A program made the translations under genes and the position numbers. Below the pieces are notes generated by a model. The model had not been told where the DNA came from. It worked only from the letters and a program-made list of their open reading frames with translations, and made no database searches. DNA of 64,000 nucleotides from an uncultured bacterium (GTDB lineage Bacteria; Fidelibacterota; Marinisomatia; Marinisomatales; TCS56), in NCBI GenBank assembly GCA_964439935.1, contig CAYTPW010000009.1:1623-65622 (forward strand), read 5' to 3'. Positions within the stretch are counted from its first letter, which is position 1, and the number at the start of each line of letters is the position of its first letter. Of this stretch, positions 38,106 through 47,360 are shown piece by piece.

Positions 38106-40337
38106 TCATAATTTAAAAGCTGTCTCGATTGTTGTTTGTTTGATCGGGATTAATTCACCGGTCCCATCATCGCGGTAGAACTGGCGAAAATCCCAAATCA
38201 TACTAACTCCGGATGCAATGGCATATCCGACCCGGTAGCCAATGATTGTATTGATGCTGGGATTAGCAAAATCAAATGGATTTGAGTCATTGTTACGCTG
38301 GTAGTAAGCACGCGCTTCACTCAATTTCGGAATCAGATCTGGTTTGATCTCAAGTCCAGCATTGAAACTGTTATACTCTAACGTATCCTTTACCATATTG
38401 GTGTAGGATGCATCGACCCGGACAAGATCGAACAGATTAATACCGGCTGATCCGTAAAAACCCGACATTGACATATCTGAATTTTCCTCACCAAATACCT
38501 GCATATCCTTGGTCCGAACAATTGTCGAAAAACCATCATTAATCGGGACAACCCGTGTTATATCGTAAGATTGATCAAAAAAGCGCGGCACGAAATAACC
38601 TGATTTAATCCGGTATTCAACATTAATATTAATCATACTGAACAGGGTTGCCTTAAGACCCGGTATTGTAATTCCGTCACCTGATCTTGCTTCCGGTCGG
38701 TAAAAGGCTGTTCCCGAATCGCCATCCGCCGGAAAACTAAGGTGGTTCCATTCTGTATATACGGTCAACTGTGCCGATTTTAATTTGATAATTGGGTAAC
38801 CTATATCCAATCCATACCCAAAGGCCTGAGCCTGGCTCCCCTGTGCGCTGAATGGTTCACTCTTTAAAATGACCTCTGTATCACTGCCACCGATCCATGG
38901 ATCAAAATATTCATCATCGTCAGAATTAGGATCCCATAATATTGAATCGGTTCCGGCATGGGGATCCGGAATTCCATCACCATCCGTATCGTTCCAGAAT
39001 AGCTTGTCATTGGGGTAATCATCAAAAGCATCGGGGTAACTATCATCATCGCTGTCAACCAATCCGGAGAATTGATTCATATCCATCACAAAATTGACAC
39101 CGAATGTGAGCGGAAAATTCCTGGAGACTGTATATGAACTTCTGAGACCCATTAATGTACCACCGCGGGAAAAATCCTTCACATTTGACAAGAAAATTTC
39201 AACGCCAAATGATCCAAAACCAAATCCACTGTTGACACCTATCTGGCGCACAGTCGGAAATTCCATCATATTGGAATAACCACTGAGAATACCGCCATAA
39301 CCCAGAGTTACGTTTTCCAGAGCGCCCAATTTAATCCAGAAGGGATCGCCTTTATCGGCCCAGCGGATGTAGAGGAATTTATCCACGATATCCGAAGCTT
39401 CATTCCACTCCTCCTGGCGGATATTACCTTCATTATCGAGGTAAATAACAAGATCAAATCCCAATCCTAGCTTACCAATTTTCAGTTCAGGTCGGAAAGC
39501 TAGCTGATTATACACAATTCCATCAATCGTCACTGAACCGACACCAAAGCCCATTCCAAATGGTTTTGACGGTGGCGAAGGAGTCGATTGCGGGACATCA
39601 GTATCCGGTGTCTCCGGGCTGGTTTCAGGCTCCGGTGCGGGTGCCTGTTCCGGCAGCACTTCCTGTGGGAATTCTTCCGGTATCGCTTCTCCCGGAGCTG
39701 GGGAATACTGTTCAATTAACTGATCCAGTTCCCCGGTTCCGACATCAGGATCGGGATCGATGGGGAATTCAGTTGGCGTGGCCGGTGCGGAGATAACATT
39801 TCCGGTTGGACTGGATAATGCTTTTTGTCCCGGTCCAATTTCCACGGACTGTCCGCTGACCAGATTGAAAACATCAAAGATTCCCTCCTGGCCGTAAAAC
39901 TGGTCGATCCCGCTGGCATCCACAATTGCAGCAAAGATGGTACCCTTCACCGATGCCACTGACGTGGGAGTTTGAACCCGGAAAGTTTTAGTCCTGTTTT
40001 CTTTATTGATATCGTTGATAATTGTGCCTATTTCTATATCGATTGTACGGGTATTCTCAGTATCAACGAACTGGAACTGAGTATTTTCCTTCATTTTAAT
40101 TACGGATTTGTCATCAAGATACATAACGACTGCAAAACTGGCTGATTCGACACGCACGATATCACCGTTACTGATCCCGAATCCTGGCTTTACTAATGTA
40201 TTAAAAGCCTCCGCAGCAACTTTTTTCAATTTGACCGAACCGTTTACTTTGATAACCCGGGCAATCGGCGTGGCTCCGATTATTTGAAAAAAAAGTGCCA
40301 CTCCCAAAATTTGGAGTAAATATTTTTTTGCCAACAT
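38106..40337 (-). CDS. Secreted FecR-domain protein with Pro/acidic linker, TSP3-like Ca-binding repeats and putative C-terminal beta-barrel (paralog 1)
   Basis: 743 aa with a signal peptide. The FecR-like N-terminal domain includes GDIVRVESASFAVVMYLDDKSVIKMKENTQFQF and FRVQTPTSVASVKGTIFAA. The linker is PAPEPETSPETPDTD. Aspartate-rich repeats are DSDDDSYPDAFDDYPND and DTDGDGIPD. The C-terminal region alternates hydrophobic and polar residues. GGAGGA RBS. Confidence 0.8.
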   Translation of the reverse strand: MLAKKYLLQILGVALFFQIIGATPIARVIKVNGSVKLKKVAAEAFNTLVKPGFGISNGDIVRVESASFAVVMYLDDKSVIKMKENTQFQFVDTENTRTIDIEIGTIINDINKENRTKTFRVQTPTSVASVKGTIFAAIVDASGIDQFYGQEGIFDVFNLVSGQSVEIGPGQKALSSPTGNVISAPATPTEFPIDPDPDVGTGELDQLIEQYSPAPGEAIPEEFPQEVLPEQAPAPEPETSPETPDTDVPQSTPSPPSKPFGMGFGVGSVTIDGIVYNQLAFRPELKIGKLGLGFDLVIYLDNEGNIRQEEWNEASDIVDKFLYIRWADKGDPFWIKLGALENVTLGYGGILSGYSNMMEFPTVRQIGVNSGFGFGSFGVEIFLSNVKDFSRGGTLMGLRSSYTVSRNFPLTFGVNFVMDMNQFSGLVDSDDDSYPDAFDDYPNDKLFWNDTDGDGIPDPHAGTDSILWDPNSDDDEYFDPWIGGSDTEVILKSEPFSAQGSQAQAFGYGLDIGYPIIKLKSAQLTVYTEWNHLSFPADGDSGTAFYRPEARSGDGITIPGLKATLFSMININVEYRIKSGYFVPRFFDQSYDITRVVPINDGFSTIVRTKDMQVFGEENSDMSMSGFYGSAGINLFDLVRVDASYTNMVKDTLEYNSFNAGLEIKPDLIPKLSEARAYYQRNNDSNPFDFANPSINTIIGYRVGYAIASGVSMIWDFRQFYRDDGTGELIPIKQTTIETAFKL

Positions 40338-40485
40338 AAAAACCGGTCCTCCGCAGAATAGTTATTGATCCCTGAAAGCACTTACGGTGGAATTTAAGTG
40401 CCCCTGAAATCTGGCAACGTGAGGAAGTTCACGTCGAACTGATTGTGATTAATTTATTGCTAAATCCAATTAAAAGGAAGAATAC

Positions 40486-40515
40486 AATCAGGGGCAAGTG
40501 AACATGCCCCTGATT
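40486..40515 (-). terminator. Strong hairpin downstream of paralog 2 (possible terminator)
   Basis: AATCAGGGGCA-(8 nt)-TGCCCCTGATT, an 11-bp stem followed on the minus strand by GTATTCTTCCTTTT, a moderate T tract. Begins 33 nt after the stop at 40548. Confidence 0.45.
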
Positions 40516-40547
40516 GATGAAAGCATCGTGATCTGACTAGAGATCAG

Positions 40548-42815
40548 CTAAAAATTAAATACCGTTTCAATAGTGGTTTGCGCGATTGGTTCCAACCCAT
40601 CACCGGTATCGCGGTAAAACTGACTGAAGTCCCAGATCAGGCTAACACCAGCACTGATTTCATACCCCAGCCGATAGCCAAAAACTGTGTTTTCAGAGGG
40701 ATTATTAAAATCAAATGGATCAGCGTCGTTATTCCGAATATAATAAGCTCTAGCCTCGCTTAATTTAGGAATCCAATCGGTGTTCAGTCCAGCTACCGCG
40801 GTAAAGCTGCGCACTGTATCGGTTTCAGCCTTCATGTTGGCATAGGAGGCCGACACATTGGCAAAGCCAAAGATATCCCAACCGGCGGATCCAAAGTAAC
40901 CTGATAGGTCAGAATCGTCGACCAAAACTAACATGTCTTTGGTATATATCTCTGTTTCGCCCTGTGAATTTCTCATTGATATTACGCGCGAAATATCATA
41001 TGACTGGTCGAAGAAACGGGGAACGAAATAACCGGTCTTATAACGATATTCGGCATTAATCTGTATCATTTTGAATAGAGTCAGCTTTACACCAGGAATA
41101 GTTATACCTGTTCCTGACTGGGTATCGCGTCCTATGAATTGAGTCCCGGAGGCGCTAGCAGATGGAAATATCAAATGATTCATCTCTGAGTAGATATCGA
41201 TCCCAATAATATTATTACTGAAAACGGGATAACCGACGTCAAATGCAAAGCCAAATGCTCTTGCATTGTTATTTTCCGTACTAAAGGGATCATTGACTAA
41301 TTCAATGAGTGAATCAGGAATGACATCGTAATACGCACTCATATCAATTCCAGTAATAGATTCTATATTCTGCCAGTACTCTAAGATAGCCGGACCAGCC
41401 ACATCTGGATAATCATCCCCATCTCTATTTGTTTCAGCTGGATCATTATCAGCGAGTCCATCATCATCACTATCTTTCCAATACTCTTCCTGATCTGGAA
41501 ATTTGTCAAATACGTCGGGATAATTATCTCCATCACGATCCTTTAATCCCGAAAACTGATTAATATCCACCACCAGATTAGCTCCAACTGTCAGCGGTAA
41601 AGCCTTCGAGAATTTATAGGAAGCCCTGGCACCCAGCAGAGTACCACCACGCATCAAATCTTTAACATTAGAAAGGAAAATTTCTGTGTTGATTTTTTCC
41701 TTGAACTGCATCCCCATGTTAACGCCCAGCTGCCGGACTGACGGATACTCCATCATATTTGAATATCCATTCAACAATCCGCCATAACCAAGTGTCACAG
41801 TCGGTAATGTTCCAAATCTGACCCAGAATGGATCACCTTTTTGGGCCCAGCTGAGATACATGATTTTATCCATGATCACGCTGGGATCATTCTTAACATC
41901 CCAGTCATCCTTGCGGACATTCCCTTCATTATCGATATACAGGACTATATCGAGGCCTACACCCAGTTTGCCGAATTTTAACTCAGGTCGTAAGGCAAAT
42001 TGATTGTAGATCACACCATCGATAGTAACAGAACCGATTCCCAATCCGAAATTATAGGGGCTGTCTTCAGCGGCTTCCCCGGTATCTTCCGGTGGAGCGA
42101 CTTCCTCAGGCACTGGTTGAGTTTCATCTGGAGTAACTTCCTCGGCACCAGTATCCTCCACTTCGGCGTCTTCGTCATCAATTTCTTCGTCAGAATCCGG
42201 TTCTGGTTCAGGTTGTGGTTCCGGCTCAGCATCCGGGTCGCTGGGATATTCATTCGGCAGTGCCGGAGCCTGAATCAAAGCACCGGCAATATTTGAAATC
42301 GCTTTCTGACCGGCGCCGATCGATACAATTTGCTGACTGATCAGATTCAATACTTCGACCAGACCACTGGACCCTAAGAACTGGTCAACACCAAATATGG
42401 AATTTACTATCGCCGTAAATTCAGTACCTTTCACCGAGGCAACAGATGTTGGTGTTTCAATCCGAAATGTTTTAGACCTACCCTCAGTGGCGATCTGATT
42501 GATCAGTGTTCCATTTTCAATTTTCAGTGTACGGCTGCTTTCTGAATCCACGAATTCGAATTCGGAATTCTCTTTAACCTTAATAACCGACCGGTCATCG
42601 ATAAATACCACCACAGCGAATCCTAGTTCGCCAACTTTCAGGGCATCACCATTGTTAATGGCAACTCCTGGCGCGGCGGCTTCTGCAAACTCGGGTCCAC
42701 CCAGCCTTTTAATATTTACTTCACCTTGAGCTTTCATTACCCGGGCAATGGATTCGGCTACAGTAAATCCGGTCATCAGACAAATGACCATTAAACAAAT
42801 AATTATTTTTTTCAT
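40548..42815 (-). CDS. Secreted FecR-domain protein with Pro/acidic linker, TSP3-like repeats and putative C-terminal beta-barrel (paralog 2)
   Basis: 755 aa, collinear with 38106-40337. Shared blocks are FRxxTPTSVASVKGT, GSVTIDGxxYNQ, GDPFW, LGYGGxLxGYSNMMExP, EIFLSNVKD, GITIPGxK, GYFVPRFFDQSYDI, IPKLSEARAYY and QTTIET. Ends in ...VFNF, a C-terminal Phe as in many OMPs. Confidence 0.8.
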   Translation of the reverse strand: MKKIIICLMVICLMTGFTVAESIARVMKAQGEVNIKRLGGPEFAEAAAPGVAINNGDALKVGELGFAVVVFIDDRSVIKVKENSEFEFVDSESSRTLKIENGTLINQIATEGRSKTFRIETPTSVASVKGTEFTAIVNSIFGVDQFLGSSGLVEVLNLISQQIVSIGAGQKAISNIAGALIQAPALPNEYPSDPDAEPEPQPEPEPDSDEEIDDEDAEVEDTGAEEVTPDETQPVPEEVAPPEDTGEAAEDSPYNFGLGIGSVTIDGVIYNQFALRPELKFGKLGVGLDIVLYIDNEGNVRKDDWDVKNDPSVIMDKIMYLSWAQKGDPFWVRFGTLPTVTLGYGGLLNGYSNMMEYPSVRQLGVNMGMQFKEKINTEIFLSNVKDLMRGGTLLGARASYKFSKALPLTVGANLVVDINQFSGLKDRDGDNYPDVFDKFPDQEEYWKDSDDDGLADNDPAETNRDGDDYPDVAGPAILEYWQNIESITGIDMSAYYDVIPDSLIELVNDPFSTENNNARAFGFAFDVGYPVFSNNIIGIDIYSEMNHLIFPSASASGTQFIGRDTQSGTGITIPGVKLTLFKMIQINAEYRYKTGYFVPRFFDQSYDISRVISMRNSQGETEIYTKDMLVLVDDSDLSGYFGSAGWDIFGFANVSASYANMKAETDTVRSFTAVAGLNTDWIPKLSEARAYYIRNNDADPFDFNNPSENTVFGYRLGYEISAGVSLIWDFSQFYRDTGDGLEPIAQTTIETVFNF

Positions 42816-42911
42816 CAGAATTCTCTCTGTTTATTACTAAACATTGCTGTGTGATTCCCCTGAACAGCGAAATTTAACGGTATACAACAATCAATACCAT
42901 ATTTTTCAGAA

Positions 42912-45761
42912 TCACATAATCTGGGTCAAATAATCGCGAACGAGTAGTGCAATTGATTCATAAGCGCGATCAGAAGCTGACATCATACCCACTTCGCAGG
43001 TCCGACTGGTTGATATACCCTGGGCAGTGTCAGGAAGTTGTTTAACCTGCTCGGCTTCTTTACGAGTGGCGCTGGCTGTCAGTTCCGGAATTAGCATACC
43101 ACGGTCCCCTGCAAATGCACAACAACCATAATCTTCCGGCAAATGTACGGTCCGGGCGCAATTCCGGGCTAGATCGACCATCATATCTACCTGATCCATT
43201 TTTTGGGTTGAACAAGTGGGATGTAAAACAACTTCACGCTCCAGAGGTTTTTCATCGCGTTCCGCGATCAAATCATGCAGGAAAGGAATGATATCAATAA
43301 ATTTCAATTTATTCCACATAACCAGGATATGCTCATCAGTTATATGATTACCCATGTTTATAAATTGATAAGTGCAGGGGGATGTATCAACTATAATGGG
43401 TACTTCTCCTTGGTGGGATGTTTCAAAAAGCATTGTAATTGTTCGGTTCACCATTTTAGAGTAGGCTGCTTTGAATCCTTTGGAACCGTAGGGCGTGCCA
43501 CAACAGGTATCATTGATCCGTTCCGGAACGATTAACTGAATATTACAGATGGCAGCAATCTGCCCGATGATGTCTGTCAGCGACATTTTTTTACCACTGG
43601 CATTGAAAGTCCGGTTAATACAGGATGTATAATAAATATACGGCATACCACTTCCATATACCTCCTGAGAACGAACGCGGGCACCTGCAGGTAGGACAGA
43701 ATTCCAAACCGGAATCACATGGTTGGACCACCAATTGATTAACTCGGATGGTTTCTTCAATAAATGCTGTAAACCAATATACTTGGCAATATGTTGAACA
43801 TTCAGCAGAAAACGAATCAATTTCTGCAGTCCATTAAAATGAGTAACGGTCCAGTCTGCGATTTGATTTTGCAGCGAACTATGGGCGTCAAACCGTAATT
43901 TTTTTACATAACTGCCCGTATCGATGTTCACCGGGCAGGCGGTTTCGCACAGACCATCCGCCGCACAGGTAGCGGTACCCTTATAATTGTAAGCCTTGAT
44001 CAAATCATATCGACGTTTATCTGAATTACTTTTCATCGTTTCTATTTCACGGGCAACAGCGATGCGATTCCGTGGTGTAAAGGTCAAATTCCGTGACGGG
44101 CATACCGGTTCACAAAAACCACATTCCACACAAAGATCTACCTGCTCATTGACCAGTGGTAACGGTTTCAACGATTTGATATGTACTTTTGGATCGCGAT
44201 TCAGCAAAACATCAGGATTTAATATATTCTGCGGATCTGACAATTCCTTGATCCGCCACATAATCTCGTACAAATCACTACCCCACTCCTGTTCGACAAA
44301 CGGTGCCATATTGCGCCCGGTTCCATGTTCTGCCTTTAATGAACCGTCATATTTAGAGACTGTCATTTGTCCAATGTCAGCCAGCATCCGTTCGTATGCT
44401 TTGATGCCTGCGTCTGTTTCCAGATCGATTGAAGCAACAAAATGCAGGTTACCGTCTTTGGCATGCCCGAAGATTACGGCATCTTCGTAATTCCATTTAT
44501 CAAAAATGGCATGTAGATCGGCAATCACGTCAGCCAGTTTTTCAACATCGAAGCAAATATCTTCGGTTATTACGCTGGTACCTGGCTTCCGTAGCGAACC
44601 AACTGTTGTAAACAGACTCTTCCGCACAGTCCACAATTTTAAACGGTTAGTCTCATCATTGAAAAAACCACTGAGTACTTTGCCTTTATATTTACCAAGA
44701 TTTGTTTCAATGTACTGAGCGCAAACCTCAGCTTCCTTGAGACTGTCTTTCTGAAATTCGCATAATAAAGATGCGGAACCTGGTTTCAATTTGTCTGGGT
44801 CGTATGGTGGTGCTTCCAGATATTTTGCAGTTGTCAGAGAATTGAAATCCATCAATTCGACCGCATCGGCTCCATTGGCTTTTAAGAATTCAATCGCATT
44901 ACAGGTTTCTTTCAAGGATGGAAATATCAATAAACCGGTCACTTTAAATTCAGGATCTGGTAACGTTTTCAATGTAACATCAGAAATGAAGGCCAGAGTA
45001 CCCTCGGCACCAATCAGCAAATGAGCGAATATATCTAATGGATTTTCAAAGTCAAGCATTGCATTAAGAGAATAGCCCAATGTGTTCTTAATACGGTATT
45101 TATGTATTATTTTTTTCTTTAAATCATCACTGGATATAATTTCATCACGCAGCCTGGTTAATCCCGAAGCCAGTTCTTTTTCCTGTACTGCAAAACGTTG
45201 ATAATCAGCATCGATGCTGGTATCATAAACATTTCCATTACCGAGAATGAAGCGGATATCCTGCAATGTATAATAAGAATTCAAGCCGATCCCGCTGTTC
45301 ATTCCGGAGGCATTATTTGATACAATTCCACCGACTCTGGCTGCCTTGATGGAAGCCGGGTCAGGTCCGATCTTCCGTCCAAACGGCGCTAAAGCGCGGT
45401 TGACATGATCACCGATTACACCTGGTTGGAGGTTTATAGCCTTACCATCTGCAAGAATTTTATATCCGGTCCAACCCTGGACCGTTTCTGCCACAATGCC
45501 ATCGGTTACTGTCTGACCGGATAGCGAAGTACCACCACCTCTGAATGTAACTCCAACTCTGTTCTGATGGGCATATTTCAGCAATCTGATCACCTGCGCT
45601 TCATCCTGTGGCTGTACAACTGCCTGAGGAACCAGGCGGTATATGCTGGCATCATGGGCATAAGCAAGACGATCGATCAACTGGACAGTCGCACTCTGTT
45701 CTTTCAATGTATTAGTCAGCTGTTGAAGGTTCAAACCAACTGAATTATCATCCAATTTCAT
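42912..45761 (-). CDS. FAD-linked oxidase fused to 4Fe-4S and CCG (GlcF-like) domains, YdiJ-like
   Basis: 949 aa with an N-terminal FAD-binding PCMH-type region (RGGGTSLSGQ), two ferredoxin-type Cys clusters (CVECGFCEPVCPS; CAADGLCETACPV) and a Cys-rich C-terminal region. Confidence 0.85.
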   Translation of the reverse strand: MKLDDNSVGLNLQQLTNTLKEQSATVQLIDRLAYAHDASIYRLVPQAVVQPQDEAQVIRLLKYAHQNRVGVTFRGGGTSLSGQTVTDGIVAETVQGWTGYKILADGKAINLQPGVIGDHVNRALAPFGRKIGPDPASIKAARVGGIVSNNASGMNSGIGLNSYYTLQDIRFILGNGNVYDTSIDADYQRFAVQEKELASGLTRLRDEIISSDDLKKKIIHKYRIKNTLGYSLNAMLDFENPLDIFAHLLIGAEGTLAFISDVTLKTLPDPEFKVTGLLIFPSLKETCNAIEFLKANGADAVELMDFNSLTTAKYLEAPPYDPDKLKPGSASLLCEFQKDSLKEAEVCAQYIETNLGKYKGKVLSGFFNDETNRLKLWTVRKSLFTTVGSLRKPGTSVITEDICFDVEKLADVIADLHAIFDKWNYEDAVIFGHAKDGNLHFVASIDLETDAGIKAYERMLADIGQMTVSKYDGSLKAEHGTGRNMAPFVEQEWGSDLYEIMWRIKELSDPQNILNPDVLLNRDPKVHIKSLKPLPLVNEQVDLCVECGFCEPVCPSRNLTFTPRNRIAVAREIETMKSNSDKRRYDLIKAYNYKGTATCAADGLCETACPVNIDTGSYVKKLRFDAHSSLQNQIADWTVTHFNGLQKLIRFLLNVQHIAKYIGLQHLLKKPSELINWWSNHVIPVWNSVLPAGARVRSQEVYGSGMPYIYYTSCINRTFNASGKKMSLTDIIGQIAAICNIQLIVPERINDTCCGTPYGSKGFKAAYSKMVNRTITMLFETSHQGEVPIIVDTSPCTYQFINMGNHITDEHILVMWNKLKFIDIIPFLHDLIAERDEKPLEREVVLHPTCSTQKMDQVDMMVDLARNCARTVHLPEDYGCCAFAGDRGMLIPELTASATRKEAEQVKQLPDTAQGISTSRTCEVGMMSASDRAYESIALLVRDYLTQIM

Positions 45762-46113
45762 TTAGTACTCATTCGTCAGTTTCGGTGAAACAATGTCATG
45801 ATCAATTATGAATTTATCACGTATTGATTATAAGCTCAGCACCCTAAAGCGGATTTACTCGGGTTTCTGCTCTCAAATCTATTTTTTCGAATATTGCGAA
45901 ATTAATAATTATTACTTACAGTACCATTTCGAGATTGAAAAATTATGCTGTTAATTAATCCCGATTCGATAGATATGTTTGCTAAATTCGTCCGGTCAGA
46001 ATGAATGAACAAAATAAACAACAGGTTCGTTCCCAGACTTCTTAATCTTATGAATAATAAATCAATCATTATTTCCTGATGTTTAATAATTCGACCAACG
46101 AAGGACTACAATT

Positions 46114-47289
46114 TTGAACCGAATATTTTTAACCGTCCTGTGCTTTGGAAATCTGATGAGTACAAGCCAGCTATTGGCTGCGGGTGAAAATATTACTAAA
46201 GCTAGTAATTGGGGGTATAGTTACAATGATTTACTTAACGATCTGCCAATTTGGAATGCCAGTCCCTGGGTAACTCTCGATTCGATCGGTGCCAGCGTTC
46301 AGGGAAGAGCATTGTGGGAGTTGACCATCACCGATACCCTGCCACACGATTCACCGCGTCGCACTATCTATATGCACGTTCGCACCCATCCCAATGAAGT
46401 ACAGTCATTCTGGGTTGCCAACGAATTTATCAATCTGCTTCTTTCTGATGATCCTTACGCTGCGTTTTTACGATCGCGATGCACTTTCTATATTATTCCC
46501 ATGTATAATCCCGATGGTGTCGAACTCGGCTTTCCCAGGGAAAATGCCAACGGAATAGATATTGAAAGCAACTGGGCCGATATTCCAATGCAACCAGAAC
46601 CAACGGCCTTGAAGCAGCGATTTACAGACCTGATGGCATCCGCCGCTCCGATAGAAATAGCACTAAATATGCATTCTGCGTACAGAGCCGCTGTTAGGTA
46701 TTTTGTCTATCACCATGAGAATGGAACATCATACGAGTATACTCAGCTGGAACAGCAATTCATTGGAGCAGTTCAATCATATTTTCCTACCGGGATCGCC
46801 CCCTGGTACCACACTGTTACCTGGACCAATTTTACTCCCGATTATTATCCCGAAAGCTGGTTCTGGCTGAACCACGGTAATTCTGTAATGGCTTTGACTT
46901 ACGAAGATATGAACAATGATCAGGCAGGCTTGTATGATTCCACTGCCTACGCTCTGCTTCATGGGATAGGTGACTATCTGGGATTGGTTCCCTCAACAAC
47001 TGTTGTTGAAGTAACTGATCATCCTCAAACATTCACTCTGAACCAAAATTATCCCAATCCATTTAATCCGATCACAACAATCAGTTATTATCTCATAAAA
47101 CCGGGATATGTTACCATGAATATATTAGACTTGAGAGGTCGTACAGTGGCAACTCCAGTAAATACATTCCAATCAGCTGGGAACAAACAAATACAGTGGA
47201 ACGGTGAACTGTATCCCACAGGAACATATTTCTACCAGCTAATAGTCGACGGACGGCAACAAACAGGGAAAATGACTATGCTAAAATAG
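46114..47289 (+). CDS. Secreted zinc carboxypeptidase (peptidase M14) with T9SS C-terminal sorting domain
   Basis: 391 aa with a TTG start and a signal peptide. Has an HPNE zinc motif, PMYNPDG and NMHSA. The C-terminus NYPNPFNPITTISYYL...GTYFYQL...KMTMLK matches the Por_Secre_tail pattern. Confidence 0.8.
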   Translation: MNRIFLTVLCFGNLMSTSQLLAAGENITKASNWGYSYNDLLNDLPIWNASPWVTLDSIGASVQGRALWELTITDTLPHDSPRRTIYMHVRTHPNEVQSFWVANEFINLLLSDDPYAAFLRSRCTFYIIPMYNPDGVELGFPRENANGIDIESNWADIPMQPEPTALKQRFTDLMASAAPIEIALNMHSAYRAAVRYFVYHHENGTSYEYTQLEQQFIGAVQSYFPTGIAPWYHTVTWTNFTPDYYPESWFWLNHGNSVMALTYEDMNNDQAGLYDSTAYALLHGIGDYLGLVPSTTVVEVTDHPQTFTLNQNYPNPFNPITTISYYLIKPGYVTMNILDLRGRTVATPVNTFQSAGNKQIQWNGELYPTGTYFYQLIVDGRQQTGKMTMLK

Positions 47290-47360
47290 CCCCTGTCAGT
47301 ATTAATTTCATAACCAGCCTGATCATTTAAGACTCTTATTAATCTTCAGGATTGCATGCG

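Noticed and set aside
39530-39934. Nested short ORFs in other frames inside the FecR paralog linker regions (also 42011-42296)
   Set aside because: They coincide with the Pro/Glu/Asp-rich linkers, where codon bias keeps alternative frames open. There is no independent evidence of coding.
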